The position numbers were made by a program, and so were the translations under genes. Of a stretch of DNA of 64,000 nt, positions 36,209 through 43,864 are shown piece by piece. Numbering within the stretch: position 1 is the stretch's first letter; each line of letters begins with the position of its first letter. Source of the DNA: Candidatus Eiseniibacteriota bacterium (GTDB taxonomy: Bacteria; Eisenbacteria; RBG-16-71-46); contig CAVUWA010000002.1 of the NCBI GenBank assembly GCA_963744995.1, forward strand, positions 358,654 through 422,653. Direction: 5' to 3'. The notes below the pieces were generated by a model that worked only from the letters and a program-made list of their open reading frames with translations, searched no databases and was not told where the DNA came from.

Positions 36209-37545
36209 GCCGAAGCAGCGGTGCCGCGCCGATCGCGGCCGAACGTCTCGAACGACGGATCGCCGACGCGAAGCCGACGTATCTCGACGGCGAGGCGGTC
36301 GCGGAAGCGAACCGCTGCCTGTACTGCCACGACGCGCCGTGCGTCACGGCGTGCCCGACCGGCATCGACATTCCGGGCTTCATCCGCAAGATCGCGACCG
36401 GGAACGTACGCGGCGCGGCGAAGCGCATCCTGTCGGCGAACCTGCTCGGCTATTCGTGCGCACGCGTGTGTCCGGTCGAGGTCCTGTGCGTGGGCGCCTG
36501 CGTCTACAACGACTGGCACCGCACGCCACCGATCCAGATCGGCAAGCTGCAGCGCTACGCGACCGAAGGGCTGCTCGACGCGGGCCGGGTCGCCGGCGTG
36601 TTCGAGCGAGCGCGCCCGGTCGGGAAGAAGGTCGTCTGCATCGGTGGCGGACCGGCATCGCTCGCCACCGCGGGCTACCTGGCGCTCGAGGGCGTGGACG
36701 TGACGGTGCTCGAGGCGCGCCCGCTCGCCGGCGGACTCAACGTCACCGGCGTGGCGCCCTACAAGATGCACGCGGAAGGAGCGCTCGCGGAGGTCGATTT
36801 CGTCCGCTCGCTCGGCGTGACGATCCGCGAAGGCGTCGAGGTCGGCCGCGACGTCACGGTCGAGAGCCTGCTGGACGACTTCGACGCCGTTTTCGTGGGA
36901 GTCGGACTCGGCGCCGACGCGCGGCTCGGAATCCCGGGTGAAGAGGGCGACGGCGTGAGCGGCGCGACGGGCTGGATCGAGCGCATGAAGCTGGACCCGC
37001 GCTTCGGCCCGGTGGACGCCCGCGAGGCCGTGGTGATCGGCGGGGGCAACACCGCCATCGATGCCGCCCGCGAGCTCGCGCGGCTCGGCGTTCCGAGTGT
37101 GACCCTGGCCTACCGCCGGACGCAGGCCGAGATGAGCGGTTACGCGCACGAGCTCGAGGCGGCCCGTACCGACGGCGTCCACTTCGTGAGCCGGGCGGTG
37201 CCGAAGGCGTTCGAGCGCGACGCCGAAGGGCGGCTCCGGGCGCTCGAGCTCGAGGACGGGCGCCGGCTGCCGGCCGACCTGTGCATCGTCGCCATCGGCC
37301 AGGCGAAGCTGGTGACGACCCTGAAGAAGCTGCCGGGCATCGAACTCGATGCGCGCGGTCTGATCGTGGTCGAGGAAGCCACCGGCGCGACCGGGCACCC
37401 GAAGGTGTTCGCCGGCGGCGACGCCCTGGGGGGCGAGCTGGTGGTCACCGCGGTGCAGGACGGCAAGCGCGCGGCGCGCGGGATTTGCGCGCAGATCGGC
37501 GTCAGGATCCGCCCCGATTCGCCGATGTCGGCGGGTCACGCCTGA
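36205..37545 (+). CDS. preT: NAD-dependent dihydropyrimidine dehydrogenase subunit PreT (GltD-like)
   Basis: N-terminal Fe-S motif CLYCHDAPCVTACPTGIDIP and CARVCPVEVLCVGAC. Dinucleotide folds VVCIGGGPASLATAGYL and VVIGGGNTAIDAAREL. Context is dihydropyrimidinase upstream. Confidence 0.85.
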   Translation: MSRSSGAAPIAAERLERRIADAKPTYLDGEAVAEANRCLYCHDAPCVTACPTGIDIPGFIRKIATGNVRGAAKRILSANLLGYSCARVCPVEVLCVGACVYNDWHRTPPIQIGKLQRYATEGLLDAGRVAGVFERARPVGKKVVCIGGGPASLATAGYLALEGVDVTVLEARPLAGGLNVTGVAPYKMHAEGALAEVDFVRSLGVTIREGVEVGRDVTVESLLDDFDAVFVGVGLGADARLGIPGEEGDGVSGATGWIERMKLDPRFGPVDAREAVVIGGGNTAIDAARELARLGVPSVTLAYRRTQAEMSGYAHELEAARTDGVHFVSRAVPKAFERDAEGRLRALELEDGRRLPADLCIVAIGQAKLVTTLKKLPGIELDARGLIVVEEATGATGHPKVFAGGDALGGELVVTAVQDGKRAARGICAQIGVRIRPDSPMSAGHA

Positions 37546-37866
37546 GCCCCGCGGACCCGCAAGTGACCTGATCGCAGGCGGGGTCTCTTCAGGTTCGCCG
37601 ATTTCTACGAAACCGCCTCGCGACCGGGGCCCTCGCCGGCACCGTTACTCACGCTGCATCGTCAAGGGCCGCCTGCGGTTACGCTGCCGACCCCGCTGCT
37701 TTTTCGTTGCTTTCGGCGTGGCCCGGATGCATGCTCTTCGCCATTGGGAGTGCGACGCGGGTTCAACCGTGCACATCGAAGCGGCCCCTATCGAATCGGA
37801 ACCCAGACACGCGCCGCGCGCATTCCTTGTCGGACGCCTGTTCACGCCAGGCGCCCGAGCGTGATG

Positions 37867-37894
37867 AGCGGGCGGGGAGCAATCCCCGCCCGCT
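37867..37894. terminator. strong orphan hairpin with GNRA loop
   Basis: agcgggcgggga-gcaa-tccccgcccgct forms a perfect 12-bp stem, followed on + by tctgcttt. It lies 320 nt after the preT stop and 107 nt after the convergent pntB stop. Confidence 0.5.
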
Positions 37895-38000
37895 TCTGCT
37901 TTGCCGGGGGCTCGCGTGTTCGATGGGTCGCGCGTGCCGGATGAACACGGCGTGCGCAGGGGGTGCCGACGGGAGACCGGCGCGCAAGGCCGGGCGAGTT

Positions 38001-39410
38001 CTAGCCTTCGGCCTTCAGCGCCTCGATCACCTGATTGACCGCGCCCTTCGCGTCGCCGAACAGCATCAGCGTGCGGTCCATGTAGTAGAGCGGGTTGTCC
38101 ACGCCCGCGAAGCCCGGCTTCATGCTGCGCTTGATGATGATCACGTGGTGCGCCTTGTCGGCGTCCAGGATCGGCATGCCGTAGATCGGGCTGGACTTGT
38201 CGGTGCGCGCGGACGGATTCACGACGTCGTTGGCGCCGATGATCAGCGCGACGTCGGTCTGCTCGAACTGCGAGTTGATCTGCTCGAGGTCGAAGAGCTG
38301 CGTATAGGGCACGTTGGCCTCGGCGAGCAGCACGTTCATGTGGCCGGGCATGCGGCCGGCGACCGGGTGGATCGCGTAGCGCACCTCGACGCCCTTCTTG
38401 GTGAGCATGTCGGCCATCTCGCGCACGGCGTGCTGCGCCTGAGCGACCGCCATGCCGTATCCGGGCACGATGATCAGCGAGCGGATGTTGGCGAGCAGCA
38501 CGGCGGTATCCTCGGCGGTGATTTCGTTCACGCGCTGCGGCGCGCCGCCCGGCCCCGCCGCTTCGCCTGCGGCGGCGCCGCCGCCGACGCCGGCAAACAG
38601 CACGTTGGCGAGCGAGCGGTTCATGGCCTTGCACATGAGCAGGGTGAGCAGGCCACCCGAGGCGCCGACCAGCGTTCCGGCGATGATCAGCGCGTTGTTG
38701 TGCAGCACGAAGCCGGTGGACGCGGCGGCGAGACCGGTGAACGAGTTGAGCAGCGAGATCACCACCGGCATGTCCGCGCCGCCGATGGGAATGACCATGG
38801 TCATGCCGAACACGAGGGCCAGGATGGTGAGCACGAGGAACATCACCGGTGCGCCGCCGGTCACGAGCATGCCGATCAGCACCAGGATCGCCACGAACAG
38901 CGCGATGTTCACGACACGGAGAACGCCGGCGGTCACGGCCTTCTCGGAGATGATGCCCTGCAGCTTGCCGAACGCGATGACGCTGCCGCTGAACGAGATC
39001 GAGCCGATGATCGCACCGAACAGCTGTTCGGGCCGGGCCGCGTGCTCGGGCATGAAGGCCTTGTGGGAGAGGTTCCAGTACTCGGCGAACGCGACCAGCG
39101 CCGCCGCGCCGCCGCCGAGCCCGTTCAGCATCGCCACCATCTGCGGCATGTCGGTCATCGGCACGCGCCGCGCGCCGATCACGCCGCCGATCGCCCCGAT
39201 CGCGAGCGCCGCGGTGAGCAGGCCCGCGTTCTGGAGGCCGGGGGTGAACAGCGTGGCGATCACGGCGACCGCCATGCCGGCCGCGGCGATCATGTTGCCC
39301 GAGCGCGCGGTGGCGGGGGAGCTCAGCCGCTTGAGGCCGAGGATGAAGCAGATCGCGGCAATGAGGTAGGCGAAGTGGACCAGGTTCGGAAGAGCGGCCT
39401 CGGGATTCAT
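38001..39410 (-). CDS. pntB: NAD(P) transhydrogenase subunit beta
   Basis: 469 aa. Polytopic N-terminal half (LVHFAYLIAAICFILGLKRLSSPATARSGN) and NADP(H)-binding dIII (IIVPGYGMAVAQAQH...VAGRMPGHMNVLLAEA...GANDVVNP). Confidence 0.92.
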   Translation of the reverse strand: MNPEAALPNLVHFAYLIAAICFILGLKRLSSPATARSGNMIAAAGMAVAVIATLFTPGLQNAGLLTAALAIGAIGGVIGARRVPMTDMPQMVAMLNGLGGGAAALVAFAEYWNLSHKAFMPEHAARPEQLFGAIIGSISFSGSVIAFGKLQGIISEKAVTAGVLRVVNIALFVAILVLIGMLVTGGAPVMFLVLTILALVFGMTMVIPIGGADMPVVISLLNSFTGLAAASTGFVLHNNALIIAGTLVGASGGLLTLLMCKAMNRSLANVLFAGVGGGAAAGEAAGPGGAPQRVNEITAEDTAVLLANIRSLIIVPGYGMAVAQAQHAVREMADMLTKKGVEVRYAIHPVAGRMPGHMNVLLAEANVPYTQLFDLEQINSQFEQTDVALIIGANDVVNPSARTDKSSPIYGMPILDADKAHHVIIIKRSMKPGFAGVDNPLYYMDRTLMLFGDAKGAVNQVIEALKAEG

Positions 39411-39417
39411 GCGGGTC

Positions 39418-39699
39418 TCACGATTTGGCCTTCGGGCGGCCCTTGAACATCTCGAGCATGCGGTCGGTCACCACGAAGCCGCCGGCGAGGTTGAGCGCAC
39501 CGAACACGACCGCGATGAAGCCGAGGGTCAGCTCGAGCGGGGTATGGGCGTTGCCCAGCACGATGATGCCGCCGACCACGACGATGCCGTGAATCGCGTT
39601 GGCCCCCGACATGAGCGGGGTGTGCAGCACCACCGGCACCTTGGAAATGACTTCGAAACCCGTGAACACCGCGAGCACGAAGACGTAGATCTCGTTCAT
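39418..39699 (-). CDS. pntAB: NAD(P) transhydrogenase subunit alpha part 2
   Basis: 93-aa membrane protein MNEIYVFVLAVFTGFEVISKVPVVLHTPLMSGANAIHGIV. It sits between pntAA and pntB, and its start overlaps the pntAA stop. Confidence 0.9.
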   Translation of the reverse strand: MNEIYVFVLAVFTGFEVISKVPVVLHTPLMSGANAIHGIVVVGGIIVLGNAHTPLELTLGFIAVVFGALNLAGGFVVTDRMLEMFKGRPKAKS

Positions 39700-40829
39700 G
39701 AACCGCTCACCGCGGCGCTGGGCTTCTGGATGAAAGCGCCGTCCTGGCCGGAGATGCAGGTGTCGTGCACGATGTCGTCCGCGAAGTCGAGCGCCAGTTG
39801 CCCGTCCTTGACGATGTGCTGCAGCAGCGCCGACACGTTGCGCGAATACATCTGGCTGGCATGCGCCGGCAGCGACGACGCCAGGTTGAGCGGGCCGTGG
39901 ATGATGACGTCATGATGCCGCGTCTCGCCGCCCGCCTGCGTCAGCTCGCAGTTGCCGCCGCTCTCGGCGGCGAGGTCCACGATCACCGAGCCCGGGCGCA
40001 TCCTTTCGACCGTGTCCTTCGTGATCAGGATCGGTGCGCGGCGGCCGGGCACGTTGGCGGTGGTGATCACCACGTCCGACGCGGCGACGTGCTCGGCGAT
40101 CAGCTCGCGCTCGCGCTTCTGCTCGTCTTCGGACATCTGCTTCGCATAGCCGCCCTTGTCCTGCTGCGCCTCGTTGGTGAGGTCGAGGGAGACGAAGGTG
40201 GCGCCGAGGCTCTGCACTTCCTCGCGCACGGCGGGGCGGACGTCGAACGCTTCGACCACGGCGCCCAGGCGGCGCGAGGTGGCGATCGCCTGCAGACCGG
40301 CGACCCCGGCGCCGAGCACGAAGACCCGCGCCGGGGTCAGGGTGCCCGCGGCGGTCATGAAGAGCGGGAAGAAGCGGCCCAGCGAGTTCGCGGCGATGAG
40401 CGCGGCCTTGTACCCGGCGACGGTGCTCATCGAGGAGAGCGCATCCATCTTCTGCGCGCGTGAAGTGCGCGGAATCAGTTCCATCGCGAAGGCGGTGACG
40501 CGGCGTTCGACGAGGCGCTGGACCATGTCTTTCTCGCGCCCGCCGTTCAGGAACGCGATCAGCACGCTGCCGCCCGACAGGAGACCGATCTCATCGGCGC
40601 TCGGTGGCTGCACCTTGAGCACGACGTCCGCGGCGAACGCCTCGGCCGCGCCCGGGACGATCCGCGCACCGACTTTCAGGTAGGCGTCGTCGGCGTGCGA
40701 GGCCTTGAGGCCCGCACCGCTCTGAACGACGTATTCGAATCCCAGCTTCTTCAGGCGGCCGATCGTCTCGGGGACGATCGCGACGCGATTCTCGCCGGGG
40801 ACGGTTTCAAGTGGAATACCGATGCGCAT
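39696..40829 (-). CDS. pntAA: NAD(P) transhydrogenase subunit alpha part 1 (dI)
   Basis: MRIGIPLETVPGENRVAIVPE... and VFVLGAGVAGLQAIATSRRLGA (Rossmann fold). Start ATG 40829; an alternative ATG lies at 40841. The upstream part of the track ORF is not coding. Confidence 0.9.
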   Translation of the reverse strand: MRIGIPLETVPGENRVAIVPETIGRLKKLGFEYVVQSGAGLKASHADDAYLKVGARIVPGAAEAFAADVVLKVQPPSADEIGLLSGGSVLIAFLNGGREKDMVQRLVERRVTAFAMELIPRTSRAQKMDALSSMSTVAGYKAALIAANSLGRFFPLFMTAAGTLTPARVFVLGAGVAGLQAIATSRRLGAVVEAFDVRPAVREEVQSLGATFVSLDLTNEAQQDKGGYAKQMSEDEQKRERELIAEHVAASDVVITTANVPGRRAPILITKDTVERMRPGSVIVDLAAESGGNCELTQAGGETRHHDVIIHGPLNLASSLPAHASQMYSRNVSALLQHIVKDGQLALDFADDIVHDTCISGQDGAFIQKPSAAVSGS

Positions 40830-40966
40830 GAGCAGACGCATCCTAGTGCGCGACGGCGCACGGCGCAACCCCGAACCGACTCTCGCGCAGTGGATTGTGG
40901 CGTTTCCGGGTCGACTTAAGTCGCATTCGTATGCGCGCGACATGGTTCGCGCGGGGGCGGGGATCG

Positions 40967-41276
40967 CTATGGAGCCGCCAGGATCTCGATGTCGTCCCAG
41001 TAGGTCTGGTTGTTGCCGCCGCCCTCGTCATCGTTGACCTCGAGCCACAGGGTGATCGTCTGCCCGGCCCACGCCGAGACGTCCACATCGGTCACGACCC
41101 AGTCGAAGCCATCGTCGCCGGTGTCCATCTCCTACCAGTCCTGGAGCGTTCGGCCGTCCAGCCCTGCATGAACCCGCCGCGGCGGCGGCGAGCGCGAGCA
41201 GGGCGGCTCCGCATGCCAGGAATCGAATCGATTTCAGCGCACGTCCCTCCTTATCCAAAAGGACCATCCCGTCCAT
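40967..41276 (-). pseudogene. possible degraded small secreted-protein gene
   Basis: One frame gives M..KSIRFLACGAALLALAAAAAG (signal peptide) and then runs into Arg-rich junk. Shifted by +1, the text reads ..LDGRTLQDW-TAG-EMDTGDDGFDWVVTDVDVSAWAGQTITLWLEVNDDEGGGNNQTYWDDIEILAAP-stop. Restoring one ORF needs one frameshift and one nonsense reversal. Confidence 0.3.
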
Positions 41277-41404
41277 GGAGGACCAGTGACGCCTGCCCCC
41301 GGAAGCCCTCATGCCGCATGGATCCAGCGGGTTCGAGCGGCGACGGTGCGGGGCCCGTGCGACTGCGCCACCCGCGTCGAGCGCTCGCGCGCACCCGCGC
41401 AAAC

Positions 41405-41413
41405 TGCTATTTT
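41405..41413 (+). promoter_or_regulatory. extended -10-like element upstream of icd
   Basis: TGcTATTTT about 100 nt upstream of ATG 41513, in an otherwise GC-rich spacer. Confidence 0.3.
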
Positions 41414-41512
41414 TTGCGCCCTATCAAGCGACTATCGACGGCCCCGGCGCGAGGCGTTTCCGCCGCCGCGAACCGACCCGGCCGCCGCCCTTATTAGAGG
41501 AGAGGACCCACC

Positions 41513-42760
41513 ATGGGCAGCAGCGGCGACAGCCACCGAATCCGCATGAAGAACACGCTCGTCGAAATCGACGGCGACGAGATGACCCGTGTGATCTGGG
41601 CGATGGTGAAGGAGCGCCTGCTGGAGCCGTTCGTCGAGATGAAGCTCGAACGCTACGACCTCTACCTGCCCGAGCGCGACCGCACCGACGACCAGGTGAC
41701 GGTGGATGCCGCCGAGGCGATCAAGCGTCACGGCGTCGGTGTCAAGTGCGCCACGATCACGCCCGACGCGGCGCGGGTGAAGGAATACAAGCTCAAGCAG
41801 GCGTGGAAGAGCCCCAACGGCACGCTGCGCGCGATTCTCGACGGCACCGTGTTCCGCAAGCCGATCGTCGTGAAGAACGTGCCGCCGATGGTGCGCTCGT
41901 GGAAGAAACCGATCACGATCGCGCGCCACGCCTACGGCGACATCTACAAGAACGCCGAGATGTCGATTCCCGGCCCGGGGCGCGTCGAGCTGTTCTTCAC
42001 GCCCGAAGGCGGCGGCCCTGCGCAGTCGGTCGTCGTGCACGACTTCAAGGGCGCCGGCGTGGTGATGGGTATGCACAACACGGAGAAGTCGATCCGCTCG
42101 TTCGCCCGTGCCACCCTGCAGTTCGCGATCGACGAGCGCATGAACGTGTGGCTCGGCGTCAAGGACACGATCAGCAAGATCTATCACGGGCTGTTCAAGG
42201 AGGTCTTCCGTCAGGAGGTGGAGGCGCGGAAGAAGGAGATCGAGGATGCCGGCATCGAGTACCGCGCGCTGCTGATCGACGACGCCGTCGCGCGCATCAT
42301 CCGTCACGAGGGCGGGTTGCTGTGGGCGTGCATGAACTACGACGGCGACGTGATGAGCGACATGGTCGCGACCGGCTTCGGCAGCCTCGGCCTGATGACG
42401 TCGGTGCTGGTGTCGCCCGACGGCACGTACGAATACGAGGCGGCGCACGGCACCGTGCAGCTCCACTACTACCGGCACCTGAAGGGCGAGAAGACCTCGA
42501 CCAACCCGACGGCCACGATTTTCGCCTGGACCGGCGGCCTCGCGAAGCGCGGCGAGCTCGACGGCACGCCGGAGCTGGTGGACTTCGCCCACAAGCTCGA
42601 GACCTCGGTGATCGAGACCATCGAGTCGGGGATCATGACCGGCGACCTCGCGCAGCTCAGCGAACCCAGAGCCGAGAAGTCGGTGACGCTCGAGGGCTTC
42701 GTCGACGCGATCGCGGAGCGGCTGCGCCGCAAGGTGGACTCGGGAGTCACTGCGGGCTGA
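41513..42760 (+). CDS. icd: NADP-dependent isocitrate dehydrogenase (eukaryotic-like homodimeric type)
   Basis: [25 protein letters not shown]...[12 protein letters not shown]...[20 protein letters not shown]...[13 protein letters not shown]...[12 protein letters not shown]... Confidence 0.92.
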   Translation: MGSSGDSHRIRMKNTLVEIDGDEMTRVIWAMVKERLLEPFVEMKLERYDLYLPERDRTDDQVTVDAAEAIKRHGVGVKCATITPDAARVKEYKLKQAWKSPNGTLRAILDGTVFRKPIVVKNVPPMVRSWKKPITIARHAYGDIYKNAEMSIPGPGRVELFFTPEGGGPAQSVVVHDFKGAGVVMGMHNTEKSIRSFARATLQFAIDERMNVWLGVKDTISKIYHGLFKEVFRQEVEARKKEIEDAGIEYRALLIDDAVARIIRHEGGLLWACMNYDGDVMSDMVATGFGSLGLMTSVLVSPDGTYEYEAAHGTVQLHYYRHLKGEKTSTNPTATIFAWTGGLAKRGELDGTPELVDFAHKLETSVIETIESGIMTGDLAQLSEPRAEKSVTLEGFVDAIAERLRRKVDSGVTAG

Positions 42761-42768
42761 GACAGCGG

Positions 42769-42798
42769 GCGGCGCGGCATCCGCCGCGCCGCTTTCTT
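42769..42798 (+). terminator. rho-independent terminator after icd
   Basis: Stem gcggcgcgg / ccgcgccgc (9 bp), 6-nt loop, followed by tttctt. It starts 9 nt after the icd stop. Confidence 0.65.
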
Positions 42799-42812
42799 CC
42801 CACGGGGGGCGG

Positions 42813-43817
42813 ATGAGCGACGCGATCTACCAGCGCGATCCCGCCCCGCGTCCCGACGCAGACTTCGAGCCCGGTGCGCTCGTGCATCTCGTGCCCGGCA
42901 ACGCCGGCCGCATGCTCGATCCGCGCCGCACGCCGGTCCGTGTCGCCGCACTGCAGCCGGAGACCGGCTGCTGGACCTGCGAGGTGACCGCGTTCGAGGA
43001 TCGTGGCGCGTGCTGGACGCTGCCGTTCGAGTCGATCCGTCACTTCCAGTTCGAGCGTGACGCCGTGCGGGCAGGCGCGGCGGCGGTCGCCGCATTCGAA
43101 GAGCAGATCCGGCGCTTCGCGGTGTCGCTCGTGCTCGAACCCGACCCCGAGCGCGCGCAGGCCACGCGCGCCGTGCTCGATCGCCGCCGTACCGACGCCG
43201 CGGCATGGCTCGCCGAACGCGCGCCCACGCTGCGCCGCGTCGCGACGCTCGATCACGCCGTGCGGCGCGCGCCGATCGCGACCATCGCCGCGTTCGAGAC
43301 GTTCATGCACGAGCACGGTCTGCTCGAGATGGACCGCGCGCTCGCGGGCGCGTACGTCACGAACCCGGCATCGGGCGAGATGGTGAAAGGGCATCTGATC
43401 ACGATGGCCGAGATGGGCATCGCGCCGTTCCGTGGCACCATCGTGCGCGACCCGGCGACGTTCGAAGGCGAGTGGCGCAAGTCGCGCCGCGCGGACCACG
43501 TGCTCTGGCGCACGGCGTTCCTGCACGCGATGCTCGCGGCGCTGCAGCTCGAAACGCTGGAGCTTTACCGCGGCGTGCCGAGCGAGGCCGGCATCGATCC
43601 CGCGCGAAGCAACGTGCTCGAATCGTGGTCGTTCTCGCGCGAGGTCGCAGAAGGCGTGGCCGGACCCGCCGGGGCGAGCGCTCACCGCGAGGTCCACACG
43701 CGGCGCGTATCCGCACCGGCGTGCCTTCATGACCTACCTCGAGACCCGCGCGATGAACCTGCAGTTCCTGGAGGCCGAGGCGGTGCTGTTCGCGAGGGGA
43801 GCGTGGCAGAGAATTGA
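42813..43817 (+). CDS. hypothetical protein; C-terminus probably continues in the +1 frame to 43878
   Basis: 334-aa ORF MSDAIYQRDPAPRPDADFEPGALVHLVPGN... The protein-like text FMTYLETRAMNLQFLEAEAVLF lies in the overlapping frame (track ORF 43432..43878). Confidence 0.6.
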   Translation: MSDAIYQRDPAPRPDADFEPGALVHLVPGNAGRMLDPRRTPVRVAALQPETGCWTCEVTAFEDRGACWTLPFESIRHFQFERDAVRAGAAAVAAFEEQIRRFAVSLVLEPDPERAQATRAVLDRRRTDAAAWLAERAPTLRRVATLDHAVRRAPIATIAAFETFMHEHGLLEMDRALAGAYVTNPASGEMVKGHLITMAEMGIAPFRGTIVRDPATFEGEWRKSRRADHVLWRTAFLHAMLAALQLETLELYRGVPSEAGIDPARSNVLESWSFSREVAEGVAGPAGASAHREVHTRRVSAPACLHDLPRDPRDEPAVPGGRGGAVREGSVAEN

Positions 43818-43864
43818 GCGGCACCCCGCGCCGTTCGCCCGGGGGGGGGCGCGTCGCGCGCCGC

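Noticed and set aside
36187-37539. 450-aa minus-strand ORF antisense to preT, and 41432-42592 antisense to icd
   Set aside because: The sense strands encode unmistakable PreT and IDH sequences. The antisense products are low-complexity.
37679-37744. 21-codon minus-strand ORF (MAKSMHPGHAESNEKAAGSAA) in the preT-pntB spacer
   Set aside because: There is no recognisable RBS, it is very short, and its composition is not distinctive. It is kept only as a note under the orphan-hairpin finding.
37740-37790. GGGTTCAAC segment resembling a tRNA T-loop
   Set aside because: The flanking bases do not form a 5-bp T-stem (gcggg vs cgtgc). No acceptor or anticodon arms could be drawn.
37645-39446. ORFs 37645-38634 (-) and 37707-39446 (+) overlapping pntB and its downstream spacer
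   Set aside because: pntB on the minus strand (38001-39410) explains the coding signal. These ORFs are out-of-frame or antisense shadows with Arg/His/Gly-rich translations.
43841-43849. G9 homopolymer considered as a phase-variation switch for the DUF11 cluster
   Set aside because: It lies downstream of the convergent DUF11 gene's stop region rather than in its promoter or 5' coding part, so it cannot gate that cluster. It is retained only as a possible slippage or sequencing-error site for the 42813-43878 gene.
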